From: a bacterium
GTDB taxonomy: Bacteria; Hinthialibacterota; Hinthialibacteria; Hinthialibacterales; Hinthialibacteraceae
Assembly: GCA_963662285.2 (NCBI GenBank)
Contig: CAXXMV010000002.1
Coordinates: 1,120,001-1,184,000 of the forward strand
Reading direction: 5' to 3'
Length of the DNA: 64,000 bases
Within the stretch, counting starts at the first letter, position 1; every line of letters begins with the position of its first letter. Below, one piece after another: positions 39,489 to 50,084 of this stretch. A model generated the notes under the pieces. That model worked only from the letters and a program-made list of their open reading frames with translations. It was not told where the DNA came from and ran no database searches. The position numbers and the translations under genes are program-made.

Positions 39489-41588
39489 ATGAAAATCAGA
39501 TTCTTCCTTAGCCAAATTATAATTCATTGCGCAATTTTAATTAGTTGCTTTTGCGCATCCAAAGCGGATGCTCATGATGATCCCGATGCGGATGTTCCTT
39601 CGTTTCAAGCGTTGAAAGTGGAAGCCTCGATTAACGTCGATGGGGTGCTGGATGAACCGTTTTGGGCGGATTGCGAGACGACGTCCAATTTTATCGATAT
39701 TCGAACGCAGGAAGCCGCCAGTCAACAAACAGTGGTTCGCGTGGCGTATACCAAGAGGCATATATATATCGCAGTTGAATGTCTAGATGATAATATCAGT
39801 GAACTTCACGCAACTGAACGGCGTGAAGATCGATCTTATTTCGGCGTTGATGATGCTATTGAAGTTCATCTTGATCCAACCCATTCTCATCGTTCGAAAT
39901 ATGCTTTCTTCTCCAATCCACTGGGAACCCGTGTTGATGCCAATGAAGGACCATCGGGAGTTTTTAATCATGGATGGTCGGCGGAATGGGAACTGGGCGC
40001 CAAGGTTCTTGAAGACCGTTGGGTGTTTGAGATGAGCATACCCTTTTCCATTCTCAATTATCATCGTTCAGATAATCAATCCTGGGGCATTAATTTTACC
40101 CGTGTGATACCCCGGCTCGATTCGACCAGTTTTTGGAGTTATTCTCCAACAGATTATTACAAACCCCGTAATTTCGGTCATGTAACCGGATTGGATCTGG
40201 TTGATAGTGAATTTGACCGTAACCTGGAAATCACGCCTTATGTAAGCGGGCGTTATGATTTTAATGGTGATTCTGACACTCTCTTTCAGGCGGGGATTGA
40301 CGCCAGTTTTCGTCTTACTCCTTCCATTACTACAGCTTGGGCGTTGAATCCAGATTTCGGTCAGGTAGAGGCTGATGCGGATACTATCGAATTGCGTGAT
40401 ACGGAACGTTTTCTACCGGAAAAGCGTCTCTTCTTCCGTGAAGGGAACGAATTGCTTGAGATGCGGCAGAGCCTCTATTACAGCCGCCGTTTTACGGATA
40501 TACAAACCGGCGCCCAGATGAGCGGCGAATGGAATAAGTACAAGTTTTCGTTGCTGAATATTCAGGGTGATGTTGTGCATGGCGACAAGCATGAGGGCAA
40601 TTCCTCGGTTTTTCGAACCACTCAGAGCATCGGAGAGAAATCTGTTCTGGGGTATTACCTGAGCGATTCTGAATTCGATGATGGACATGCGCGGGTTGCA
40701 AGTTTCGATGGGAATATTTTTCTGCATGATGATTGGCAGTACCGTTTTCAGGGTTCTGTATCGGATGAACGCCTTGATGATGGATTAGGTGGATATTCCA
40801 AAGACCGTTTGGATTATCTGGGCTATAACGTTATTCAGTTTGAGAAATATCCCATTGATATTGATGTAGGTTATTTGGGCATCTCTGAAGGATTTGATCC
40901 TGTGTTGGGGTATATTCCACGCCGGGATATTTTTGGTCCATTCGCCGAAGCTGAGTATAGCCATGAATCGGATGATCGCTTTTATAAAATGCTTTATGGC
41001 CGTTTAGGTACGGAACTGTATGAAAACGAAGATAGTGAAACGACTCTACGTGATTATGACATGTTTTCAAAAGTTGTGTTCCATAATGATTTCGGCCTGG
41101 AATTCGGGCAAAGTTTTGATTTCCATGATCCATACGACAATACGCGGACCAGCGCTGGATTCTCGCTCTTTTCATCTGACTTTTGGAAATCCATCGAAAT
41201 ATCCTGGGCGGGCGGGGAATTTGAAGAGACGGATTATAACGAAATCAACATAGAGAAGAACTTTAAGCCATTTGAAAGCTGGCCCATCCGTTATGATTTT
41301 ACGATACGTCTGGAAGAAGAGCCTTGGGGTGAAGAACATACCGTCTGGTTGAACCGGATTGTCTTTGATTATTACTTTACCGATGATATGTGGCTTAAGA
41401 CGTCGCTGCAACACCGCAATGCCAGCGTTGGCAATATTAGCGTGATCTATGGTTGGGAATTTGTGAAGAACGCCAAATTCTACCTGGTTTTTAACAGCGT
41501 CAGTTACCGCGAAGAGATTGATAACAGTTTCAACTATACTAAAGAGACGGATAACAGCATCTTCACCAAGGTGGCTTATACATTTTAA
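39489..41588 (+). CDS. Exported CBM9-like + DUF5916 protein (probable outer-membrane beta-barrel C-terminus)
   Basis: VDGVLDEPFW, FEMSIPF, LNPDFGQVEAD, PEKRLFF.EG, YYSRR; ends KVAYTF. Confidence 0.8.
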   Translation: MKIRFFLSQIIIHCAILISCFCASKADAHDDPDADVPSFQALKVEASINVDGVLDEPFWADCETTSNFIDIRTQEAASQQTVVRVAYTKRHIYIAVECLDDNISELHATERREDRSYFGVDDAIEVHLDPTHSHRSKYAFFSNPLGTRVDANEGPSGVFNHGWSAEWELGAKVLEDRWVFEMSIPFSILNYHRSDNQSWGINFTRVIPRLDSTSFWSYSPTDYYKPRNFGHVTGLDLVDSEFDRNLEITPYVSGRYDFNGDSDTLFQAGIDASFRLTPSITTAWALNPDFGQVEADADTIELRDTERFLPEKRLFFREGNELLEMRQSLYYSRRFTDIQTGAQMSGEWNKYKFSLLNIQGDVVHGDKHEGNSSVFRTTQSIGEKSVLGYYLSDSEFDDGHARVASFDGNIFLHDDWQYRFQGSVSDERLDDGLGGYSKDRLDYLGYNVIQFEKYPIDIDVGYLGISEGFDPVLGYIPRRDIFGPFAEAEYSHESDDRFYKMLYGRLGTELYENEDSETTLRDYDMFSKVVFHNDFGLEFGQSFDFHDPYDNTRTSAGFSLFSSDFWKSIEISWAGGEFEETDYNEINIEKNFKPFESWPIRYDFTIRLEEEPWGEEHTVWLNRIVFDYYFTDDMWLKTSLQHRNASVGNISVIYGWEFVKNAKFYLVFNSVSYREEIDNSFNYTKETDNSIFTKVAYTF

Positions 41589-41820
41589 GCGGTTTCGGAT
41601 CGCTAAGGTGTTTGGCCTTGCTTTTATTACTTGTTCGATCATCATAGGCGCCTGAATGACCGGCGCTATATGCAAATAGGATTGCTGTGAGCAACATGGC
41701 ATTTCTGAAATTATCCATGTTTGTCTTTCCTCTGTTTTGTTCTCTTTTTAGATTCTATCTCACTCTTGCCCTCTGCGTGAAAATCAAAACCAGATAATAT
41801 AAAGTCATGGATAAAAATTT

Positions 41821-42390
41821 TTGAGATTGCAGTCATCTTTGGAGAAATATAGCATGGACAGCGACTATTCACGCGAACTGGCTCGTAAGCAACTAGTTGA
41901 TCTGATAACAGATATTTATGACGAACTCAATGAACATGAAGGCATTCTATCGGCGCCGGATAATGATAGCGGTCTTTTTAAGTATGTTGGAATGAGTCCA
42001 CAGGCTCAGTTTTATCTCTCGAAAATGAGTAAAAAACGTGATGTTCAGCGAACTGGACTAGGTTTTGTGATCCAACGGGCTGAGTTGTCTCATTGTTTCC
42101 GGTTATCTTTTGATGTTGAAATATCCCGTGAGGTTTGTGGAAAAGATGCTGCTGACGTCATATCAGATATGAACCGCTTCGCGCAAGCTCAATATGGTAT
42201 GCGCGCGCCGGAATTTATCACTTATGTCCAACCCGCACATAGCGGACAGCGCGGTTGGGCGGAGAAAACTTTTGTCGGCGTAGAGTTGGAGGTTGATCCC
42301 AGTGATATGGATCGCAGTAAAAAACTGAAGAAAAGCCTGCTCGATGCAGCCCGTAAACTTTTCCAGGCGCTTGATTTTTCGCTGACCTAA
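41821..42390 (+). CDS. Hypothetical protein
   Basis: 189-aa ORF (likely start 41853) followed by a terminator. Confidence 0.6.
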   Translation: MRLQSSLEKYSMDSDYSRELARKQLVDLITDIYDELNEHEGILSAPDNDSGLFKYVGMSPQAQFYLSKMSKKRDVQRTGLGFVIQRAELSHCFRLSFDVEISREVCGKDAADVISDMNRFAQAQYGMRAPEFITYVQPAHSGQRGWAEKTFVGVELEVDPSDMDRSKKLKKSLLDAARKLFQALDFSLT

Positions 42391-42422
42391 TTGCAGAATT
42401 TTATAATATTAAAGATATTGTC

Positions 42423-42452
42423 AGCCCCTCTCCTGTCGGAAGAGGGGCTTTT
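42423..42452. terminator. Intrinsic terminator between convergent genes
   Basis: AGCCCCTCT...AGAGGGGCT followed by TTT. Confidence 0.7.
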
Positions 42453-42465
42453 GATTTTGTATAAG

Positions 42466-43437
42466 TCATATTAATTTTGCCAGATAACTCGCTTCCTGGC
42501 GTAAGATATCAGCGCGGTCATTTTCTGGGAATTTGCCCAGCGACTCGTCTTCAATGCATAAGTCGCCCTGGTAATTCACCTTCTTTAGTATGCTTACGAC
42601 CTTGGCGAAATCGATATCGCCCTGGTAGACCGGACAATTGTATTTGCCGTATTCCCAACCCATTTCACGTTGAACATTTTGTTTATCTTCTGGATAATTA
42701 ATGCTTTTGCAATGAGTGTGGAAAGCGCGCGGAGCAAACATTTCAAATATTTCATACAGTTTGGCAAGCGGATGACCATACCAATAGAAATTGGCGGTAT
42801 CCAGGGTTAAACCCAAATTATCTGAACCGACTTGTTTAAATAGTGCGTTGAGGAATTTGGGATCGTTGGTTGTATTGCCGTGATTTTCTATGGCGTAATG
42901 CACATCGCTGTTTTCAACTAACTGGCAGATGCTTTTGCACATTTTAACGGCGAAAGGCAGGAAATCTTCTCTTTTGATTTTGCGGGGCACAACATCAATT
43001 CTTATAGCCTTAACTCCCATTTCTTTAGCGGCCTTAGCTACGCCGGAACACCATTGCACTTCCATCTCCGGGCGTTCATCGAAACGGTTGGCCATCATGA
43101 AAGCGGCTACATGCATGCCATGTTGTTCGAGGTCGCTCTGTAATTCAGTGATTGACTTGGGTGAATCAATGGCGTATTTCTTTGCGCTGTGAAACAGATT
43201 AGGGCATTCAAGTTTCTCATTAATATCAACTTCGACGCCAGTGACGCCGATCTGCTTCATGGCCGCCCAGACATGCGGTGCTTTTACATTACTCAAATGT
43301 CCATCACGGCACGCAATAGCCCACTGATCGGCGTCTGATTTATTGGATGCATAGGCGTATCCAGCCATTGATGCGGTTAAGCCGATGCTGCCAGTTGTTT
43401 TGAAGAAACTGCGTCTAGAAATATCATGCGTATTCAT
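42466..43437 (-). CDS. Tat-exported sugar phosphate isomerase/epimerase (xylose-isomerase-like TIM barrel)
   Basis: SRRSFFK Tat motif; AIENHG, LDTANF, HTHCK, CIEDE. Confidence 0.88.
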   Translation of the reverse strand: MNTHDISRRSFFKTTGSIGLTASMAGYAYASNKSDADQWAIACRDGHLSNVKAPHVWAAMKQIGVTGVEVDINEKLECPNLFHSAKKYAIDSPKSITELQSDLEQHGMHVAAFMMANRFDERPEMEVQWCSGVAKAAKEMGVKAIRIDVVPRKIKREDFLPFAVKMCKSICQLVENSDVHYAIENHGNTTNDPKFLNALFKQVGSDNLGLTLDTANFYWYGHPLAKLYEIFEMFAPRAFHTHCKSINYPEDKQNVQREMGWEYGKYNCPVYQGDIDFAKVVSILKKVNYQGDLCIEDESLGKFPENDRADILRQEASYLAKLI

Positions 43438-43810
43438 TATCTGTTCCCTCCAACATTTAGAATAGTTTTATTATTCTATAATATTACTATTCAGATTAAA
43501 GCCTAGGCGTATCTGGATTTAGAGTGGTTTTGGTGGAACGCTATCACTTTTAGCCCACCATTCGGGGCTAGATACGTTTTGTCTCTTTACAATTGTTTTA
43601 AATAAAACGAAAGTTATAACCAAGATGGCGAATATATTTGTACTTTATGAGTATCGAATATCATCTTTTATCATATATATAGAAAATTGCCATATATGAA
43701 ATTTGCGTACTGATTTTTTGATAAGGTTTATTCTGTTGTTTCTTCTGAAGAATCACAAAAATATCATTGTGCATAAAACACAAAATACAGAAAATGGTTC
43801 ATAATTAAAA

Positions 43811-46606
43811 GTGAAATTTAATCCATGGGAAATACTAGTTTTTATTATATTGGGGCTGATAGGATTCATTAGTAACGATATTGCTGGAAATGGTATATCT
43901 ATAGGATTTCTGCGCCCCACGTTCTTTCATGCTTTTTGCCAATCTATAATCGCGGTTATTGTTATCCTGGCTGTATTCCGATTCGGAATTACGGTGTGGG
44001 AGTATTCTTCAGAGCGAGTTCGTTGGATTATTCGTGAGACATGCGTACCTCTGGTTTTGATAATATTGTGCTTAATCCGATTCAAGGCATTATTCGCCGG
44101 GGGCTTCCCATCAACTTTTGATCATACCACGCATATGCTGCGCTGTTATTTAACTGAATCGTCGTTATGGAGTCATGGAACATTATTGCCCTGGACTTCA
44201 AGTATTGGCGCAGGAATTCCATTGAATGATCTGTATCCGCCGGGCGGGGCAATATTATTCTGCCTTATTCGTCTTTTCTCCTTCTTCTTATTGTCACCTG
44301 ATTGCGCGTATATCGCTACGGTATTTGCGGCTTGGTTTATCCTGCTGGGATCGCTCTATATCTCAGGCCGCTTGCTCTTTGGCATAGAAGCCGGAACTCT
44401 GGCGGCGGGATTAATGGCTTTTGATGTGGGTGATATGGGTCTGATGGGATGGGGGCAGTGCTTCTCTATCGGAATGTGGCCCATGACATTGGCCAATGGG
44501 CTTATGATATTGGCAATGATTATGCATGGGCTTTATCTAAAAAGCGCTGTTAGCCCATTGAAGATGGCAGGCTTATCTTTACTGGTTATGGCGTCGATTA
44601 TTAGCCATATATTCACGCTTCCTGCATTAATTTTAACAACGATCATCATATCTGGCGTATATATTTTATCCGAAGAAGACCGCCAATTAGCCCTGCGTAG
44701 AATTGCCCGGAATATTATTTTTATCGGTCTGGGCTTAGCGCTGTCCGGTTGGTGGTTATTGCCTATTATGGCCAATCAAATCTGGATGCTTCCTTTTGGA
44801 ACTCCTTTGAGCCCTCTATCATGGTTGGCCTCTAGAATAATTAATGCCCGGTTATTTGAAAATTCGCCGCCGATAATTATGGCGCTTAGTTTTTTTGGAA
44901 TTTTCTGGGGCTTTCTATCCCGTAAAATGTTGCCCAGATCTTTTTCAATCATAGCATGTCTCTTTTTATTAATTAATAACGCATTTTGGATGCAGTGTTT
45001 TCATTCAGAGTGGTTCTCGTCGCTCATTATTAAGATGCCTTTACACCGTTATGCAGGCCTGGCGAAATTGATGGGCTATTTACTGGCCGGGGGAATGTGC
45101 TGTGAATTATTAAAAAAGCTACAACCACAATTATCTAAGTTTTGGAGAAGAATCTTTTCCGGTTTTTACTCATCTGAATCAATTAGTTCATTTCAATTAG
45201 TTACTGCAACAATTTGGAAATGTCTGCTGTTTGCATGTTTCATTTGTTTTATGGCGCCAGCCATAGTGGGCGTCACTAATCTTTTAGATGAAAAATATTC
45301 ATTCAGGGATAGTTTCCCGATTGCTTCTAGTGAATCATATCCGCCTTACGCCAACAATTTTGGTCGGATGATGCGCTATCTCAATGCCGTCGATGCGCCT
45401 TCATTGGATGAGAACCAATTCCTAAAACCTATTTCCGGTCCAAGGATTGATGTTCAAACCAATATTATGGAGAGTTCTATACCTTATAAATATGGATATG
45501 GAATTATTGCACCCCGCTATATGCCAACCATGCTGCTTACCACTCGAAGTACTAGAAATGATGTTCTGAACTCCGCATTATCAGGCGCAAAATATATTGC
45601 AGCCCTTGGCGAGGGCGTGGCACGCAATATAACCAAAAAGCCGAATACTAAAATCATCCATTCTTTTGGAGATATCTATCTATTTAAAAGCACTGATTAC
45701 CAGGAAACGCCTGTTCAGTTTGTGAACGGCGTCAAAGGCATGGCGGAAATCATCTCCAATGAGCCAAACTATTTGGCCATTCGCTTAAGCGGCATGAACG
45801 AGGCTGGTCGGGTGAGAATTGGCGTATCCCGCTTCCGCAAGTGGCGGGCTTTTCTTGATGGTCAGGAGACGCCAATCGAAGAATATATAGGGTATGATGA
45901 ATCTTTTGATGCGGGGAAATATATCACAGTCAAAGCCCTCAACGGTCTCTTGGAATTGCGCTATCAATCCCAACTGATAGATATCATTGGTTTATGGGCC
46001 TCATTTGCGGCATTATTTATAATCGTGGTTGGATTGGTCTGGAATCGGTTATTCCGCTTTTTATCGTTTGAATCATCATTTTTGAATCCCGTTTTAAACC
46101 GAGTATTCTCCAAAAAATCGGGCGTTATCTATCAATCATTTCTTGGCGCCGGAATAACTATTGCCTTTTTTGTAATCTGGTTATGGCAGCCGGTTGCGGC
46201 AACGAATTTCTGGTTTGCCGGTATTACATCTGATTGCACGGGAATAGTAAATCAACAACCAGATGGGTTGCTTGATATGGAGTTCGGATTATATATAGGC
46301 GAGGACTTGCGTGGTAAAACCATTCAATTTATGTCAATACAAGAACATTTACCTGTGCATATCAAGCCTTCAAAAAACAAGTGGACAACCCAAAACAGTA
46401 TGAACTCATGGAGAATAGTAGTACAGAGTTTGGTAGGCGACATGAATGCAAAATTATCCCCCCCGCATCATCTTCGTATATTTGTATGGAATCCTCACCG
46501 TGGTGAATATATTCCAAGCGGGACAGAAATGGAATTAACCATTAAATTCACTGATGGAAGCAATAAAATCTACAGATGTCCTTTAGAAGCGCAAGGAAAT
46601 CATTGA
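43811..46606 (+). CDS. Large polytopic GT-C-like membrane protein (PTPS-related/YfhO-like)
   Basis: DHTTH...W....AG.P...LYPPG motif, more than 10 TM helices, WWLLP, WRAFLDG. Confidence 0.7.
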   Translation: MKFNPWEILVFIILGLIGFISNDIAGNGISIGFLRPTFFHAFCQSIIAVIVILAVFRFGITVWEYSSERVRWIIRETCVPLVLIILCLIRFKALFAGGFPSTFDHTTHMLRCYLTESSLWSHGTLLPWTSSIGAGIPLNDLYPPGGAILFCLIRLFSFFLLSPDCAYIATVFAAWFILLGSLYISGRLLFGIEAGTLAAGLMAFDVGDMGLMGWGQCFSIGMWPMTLANGLMILAMIMHGLYLKSAVSPLKMAGLSLLVMASIISHIFTLPALILTTIIISGVYILSEEDRQLALRRIARNIIFIGLGLALSGWWLLPIMANQIWMLPFGTPLSPLSWLASRIINARLFENSPPIIMALSFFGIFWGFLSRKMLPRSFSIIACLFLLINNAFWMQCFHSEWFSSLIIKMPLHRYAGLAKLMGYLLAGGMCCELLKKLQPQLSKFWRRIFSGFYSSESISSFQLVTATIWKCLLFACFICFMAPAIVGVTNLLDEKYSFRDSFPIASSESYPPYANNFGRMMRYLNAVDAPSLDENQFLKPISGPRIDVQTNIMESSIPYKYGYGIIAPRYMPTMLLTTRSTRNDVLNSALSGAKYIAALGEGVARNITKKPNTKIIHSFGDIYLFKSTDYQETPVQFVNGVKGMAEIISNEPNYLAIRLSGMNEAGRVRIGVSRFRKWRAFLDGQETPIEEYIGYDESFDAGKYITVKALNGLLELRYQSQLIDIIGLWASFAALFIIVVGLVWNRLFRFLSFESSFLNPVLNRVFSKKSGVIYQSFLGAGITIAFFVIWLWQPVAATNFWFAGITSDCTGIVNQQPDGLLDMEFGLYIGEDLRGKTIQFMSIQEHLPVHIKPSKNKWTTQNSMNSWRIVVQSLVGDMNAKLSPPHHLRIFVWNPHRGEYIPSGTEMELTIKFTDGSNKIYRCPLEAQGNH

Positions 46607-46701
46607 GTGTGTATTATCGATGTCAGTTCGTAGCCAGCGCCAGGATTTTTCTAGAACCTGCAAAAGGGATTTCGAGAACGACTTTAATGGAGGATTTTAT
46701 A

Positions 46702-47985
46702 ATGATAAGACGCATGTTTTATTCTATTATATGGCTTAATTGTTTATTGATGCTGTTGGTTTTATCTTGCCCGGCATATTCTGAGGGCGGAGTTTTTGTG
46801 CGCCAGTTTTGGTATGAACCGGGTATCGAAAACGGGAATCCAAAGTATAACGGTAATTTCCGGGTAAATTCCCCAGAAACCGTGTTGTCTGAGTATAAAG
46901 AACGGCGCGAGGTGCGCGGCAATGGCATGATGTTGATCAAGATGGAAGAGTATCCCCACCTGCTTCAAGATGCGCATCTTTATCTCGAACTGTGGGGCGG
47001 CCATCCGGGAACCATGAACAAGCGCGTCTCTATAAATGGACGCAGTACTTATGCTATTCCAAAAGTTGGATCTGAAGCGGAAAACTGCACTTATCAATAC
47101 CCGCTGATTCCATTGAAAATCACGGATTTAGTGAATGGTTATAATGCATTCCAGTTCGCCTGTGACCAGGGAACCACGTTCTGGGGGCATTATATCGTCA
47201 ATAATGCCTGCCTGCGTGCAACATTGCAGCCCGATCATCCAAGTTTATCCAAAATTGGGCTAAGTGAATTTGAGGCTGAGGTGCACTCTGATTCAAATCA
47301 GGATTCTAAAGAAACCTTATCTTTCCATGTAAATATACCTGACAAATTTAAATCTGAAATATCAAGCGTCCTTTTCCAGGGGTATTACCGGGGCTATGAC
47401 GAAAACGGCAACCAAGAGGGATTGGATTGGCATGGCTTCACTAAAGACCGCGAATCCCAGGCATATTTAGGCGTTGATGATGCGGCGCCTTTCCAGGTTC
47501 AATGGGATGTATCAATGCTGCCATCGCAGAAGGATATGGCGGTTCGCGCTGTGATTCATTTTAAGAAGGATGAAGATTTAGTCTTTATCACAAAACCATT
47601 GCAGAATCTTGATATGCCTAAGCGGGATGCCAAGGTGATGATTCATGAAGCGGAAGATTTGCCCCGCCCCTTCTGGTCCCGCGCCGATAAAGAGAAGAAA
47701 TGCGTCATTCGACTAGATGAGAATCCTCAGGAAATCGAGCAGGCTCAGCTGCATGTGGTTATCTGGGACGGTGGAAAGGGTGAGACCAAGCATCCATTCA
47801 CGCTGAACGGACATCCACTAAGCGTTGCAGGACGGGGAGCGCACGATCTTCTTTACCGTATTGTTGATGTTGATCCCGCGATTTTGAAAAAGGGTGACAA
47901 TGAGATTGTGGTGTTGTCTGATACGGAGCATCATGGGATTGAGGTTCTGTTGCCCGGACCGACTTTGATTGTGCGTTTTAGATAG
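46702..47985 (+). CDS. Secreted hypothetical beta-sandwich protein
   Basis: GGAGG RBS before ATG 46702; signal peptide; ELWGGHPGT; LKKGDNEI. Confidence 0.65.
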   Translation: MIRRMFYSIIWLNCLLMLLVLSCPAYSEGGVFVRQFWYEPGIENGNPKYNGNFRVNSPETVLSEYKERREVRGNGMMLIKMEEYPHLLQDAHLYLELWGGHPGTMNKRVSINGRSTYAIPKVGSEAENCTYQYPLIPLKITDLVNGYNAFQFACDQGTTFWGHYIVNNACLRATLQPDHPSLSKIGLSEFEAEVHSDSNQDSKETLSFHVNIPDKFKSEISSVLFQGYYRGYDENGNQEGLDWHGFTKDRESQAYLGVDDAAPFQVQWDVSMLPSQKDMAVRAVIHFKKDEDLVFITKPLQNLDMPKRDAKVMIHEAEDLPRPFWSRADKEKKCVIRLDENPQEIEQAQLHVVIWDGGKGETKHPFTLNGHPLSVAGRGAHDLLYRIVDVDPAILKKGDNEIVVLSDTEHHGIEVLLPGPTLIVRFR

Positions 47986-48079
47986 TGTGTAGTTGGTAGT
48001 GGAGAGTTTTCGTTGGTGGTTTGATCAAAGGGCTGAGCGCAATGCCGATTTTTTTATTACAACTGATGATATAATAATT

Positions 48080-49585
48080 CACTAGTGTCCGGTTGTTACT
48101 CTTTGAATTTAAAGGGTTTATGAAGTGCAGTATAGAGAAAAGCGTAAACTGCACTTTAAAAAGTCCCCAAAATAAGGCTTTTTTGCATTTTCTCTTTATT
48201 AGAACTTACATAAAAAGTGTAGAAACTGACATTTTTCAATCTCACAACTTTTATCATTGAATTGCTCATTCCCATTCGTTTTCCAGACCCTCGAATAATG
48301 GAAACCGATCATTCTCCACAAATACTAGATTCATCATTTCCGGTTCAGCAAATAATTGATGAATCGGTCTCTTCTCGAAAAGTGTTACGCTTAACACTTG
48401 AAGAATCGTATACAAACTTTGTTCCAGGTTCAACTGCTTCCTGAGAATCGCCACCAATGCATAGACTGATATAGCGGTCCAGATTTGTGTTTTAACAGCG
48501 TTTTCCGATGTTCCATAAAACGTCTTGATACGCAAATGTTGCTTGATCCATTTAAAGAACAATTCTACCTGCCAACGACACCGAAAAAGATCGGCAACCG
48601 TTAATGCCGGGACGGCGAAATTGTTGGTTAAATAATCAAACCGTCTTTCTGTTTTCCTGTCATAATACCCCACGCGACGAAGATGACCAGGATAATCCTT
48701 AACCGAATCAGCATTGACCAGTTTAATCGTTTGATCGCACCTCAAACCCGTACTTTTATCGACCGGACGAGAATAGACGCGTTCAAATTTTGTATTCTTT
48801 TTCAAGCGCGTAACAAAAAAGGCACGCTCCTGATCTAACGTATACAAACGCCTAAAATCGAAATATCCCCGATCCATCAAATAAATCGAACCCGGTTCGG
48901 GAATCAGAATATCCAGGACATTCACATCATGAACCTTACCATTTGTAATATGAATGAAGACTGGAATATTCCCCCGCAGATCAATCAGAGTATGTAATTT
49001 GACGGCTCCTTTCTTTTTACGAAATCTCGCCCAGGGGAATAGCGATAAACACAGATCAATGGTTGAGGCATCTAGAGCATATACCGTTTCATCGAGTTGG
49101 ACGCCAAACTCTTCATTAACGTATAATTCTCTCGCACTATGAATCAGAACCTGAGCAAATTCCGCATAGATACGCCAATCTCTTTTCTCGTTGGCTTCGG
49201 CTAATGTGCTGCGGGATACTTTTCCCCGTATACCCATATGATAGAGCCGCTCTTGCATGGAACGCAAACAGATTTCAATATCTCGTAGACTTTCCCGATA
49301 GGTTAATTGTGCAAAAGCCATACAGAGATATTGATCTCGGCATAAAAACTTTTTGACTCGATAATTCCCGTTATATCGCTCTACGCATTTTCGAAAATCA
49401 TAAGGAGAATATAACTCCATCAATTGAGAAAAGACTGTTTTTTCGATACTCATGAACCATCCCCTAAAAAAAGTATGGTTTTAGAGTAAAGTCAATCTCA
49501 TATCGATAAAAGTTTTTACCTCATCTAACTCTTGTATTTTAAAACGGTTATTGAACTTTCTGCTCTCGTATCCCGGACACTAGTG
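48080..49585 (-). mobile_element. Complete IS4-family insertion sequence
   Basis: 13-bp perfect inverted ends CACTAGTGTCCGG / CCGGACACTAGTG; 9-bp target duplication ATAATAATT (48071-48079, 49586-49594). Confidence 0.92.
48266..49453 (-). CDS. IS4-family transposase (DUF4372 + DDE)
   Basis: TVFSQL, FAQLTYRESLRDIE, LDASTIDL, MDRGYFD, RWQVELFFKWIKQHL. Confidence 0.95.
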   Translation of the reverse strand: MSIEKTVFSQLMELYSPYDFRKCVERYNGNYRVKKFLCRDQYLCMAFAQLTYRESLRDIEICLRSMQERLYHMGIRGKVSRSTLAEANEKRDWRIYAEFAQVLIHSARELYVNEEFGVQLDETVYALDASTIDLCLSLFPWARFRKKKGAVKLHTLIDLRGNIPVFIHITNGKVHDVNVLDILIPEPGSIYLMDRGYFDFRRLYTLDQERAFFVTRLKKNTKFERVYSRPVDKSTGLRCDQTIKLVNADSVKDYPGHLRRVGYYDRKTERRFDYLTNNFAVPALTVADLFRCRWQVELFFKWIKQHLRIKTFYGTSENAVKTQIWTAISVYALVAILRKQLNLEQSLYTILQVLSVTLFEKRPIHQLFAEPEMMNLVFVENDRFPLFEGLENEWE

Positions 49586-49682
49586 ATAATAATTAAGAAA
49601 TTAAATCATATTCATGAATTTAGGATTGTTACTCCAATAGATATTATAGATTTGTTGGAGGAGAACAAATAAGAAGGTTATT

Positions 49683-49904
49683 ATGAAAACCACGTTAACC
49701 GATACTGAAATAAAAGTTAAAGGAGTAGAAACATTAATAACAGCCATGGGAGAATTAGATGCTGAGCGGTTTATAACCCTTATTTTACGTGAACCATTTG
49801 ATTATACAAAATGGCAACGTAATCTTTGGAACGATAAAAGCATCGAAGAAATCAGCCAAATGGCAACCAAAAACCGCCTGACAAATCACTCTGACAAATC
49901 CTAA
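49683..49904 (+). CDS. Small protein, probable antitoxin partner of the PIN relic
   Basis: TDTEIKVKG...G..DAERFI.L..REPFDYTKW; starts 10 bp after the PIN relic stop. Confidence 0.65.
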   Translation: MKTTLTDTEIKVKGVETLITAMGELDAERFITLILREPFDYTKWQRNLWNDKSIEEISQMATKNRLTNHSDKS

Positions 49905-49960
49905 AAACCTTACTTATAGATCGTTGGTGGGAATACTGTAAATAAAAGATGTGGACTCAA

Positions 49961-49993
49961 TCAAGGGCAGAAAATACACTGCCCTTGGCACCC
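49961..49993. repeat. TCAAGGGC-family palindromic repeat
   Basis: TCAAGGGCAG-AAAATACA-CTGCCCTTGGCACCC. Confidence 0.8.
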
Positions 49994-50023
49994 TTATTGT
50001 TTTGGATTAGGTAATAATTAATT

Positions 50024-50059
50024 CCCCCTTACCCTTTCCCTCTCCCGGCGGGAGAGGGA
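50024..50059. repeat. CCCTCACC/GGGAGAGGG-family REP-like palindrome
   Basis: CCCCCTTACCCTTTCCCTCTCCCGGCGGGAGAGGGA matches 26047-26084. Confidence 0.75.
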
Positions 50060-50084
50060 TGTATGACCTGAGGTTTGTTTTATC

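Larger units (their letters stand above)
48041..49672 (+). pseudogene. C-terminal relic of a PIN-domain (VapC-like) gene interrupted by the IS4 element
   Basis: Removing the IS and one target copy joins 48041-48079 to 49595-49672 in frame: NADFFITTDDIIIKKLNHIHEFRIVTPIDIIDLLEENK*. Confidence 0.65.

Noticed and set aside
43532-43560. Degenerate GTAG-type REP (TTTTAGCCCACC)
   Set aside because: Only half of the element is recognisable, so it is not listed as a feature.
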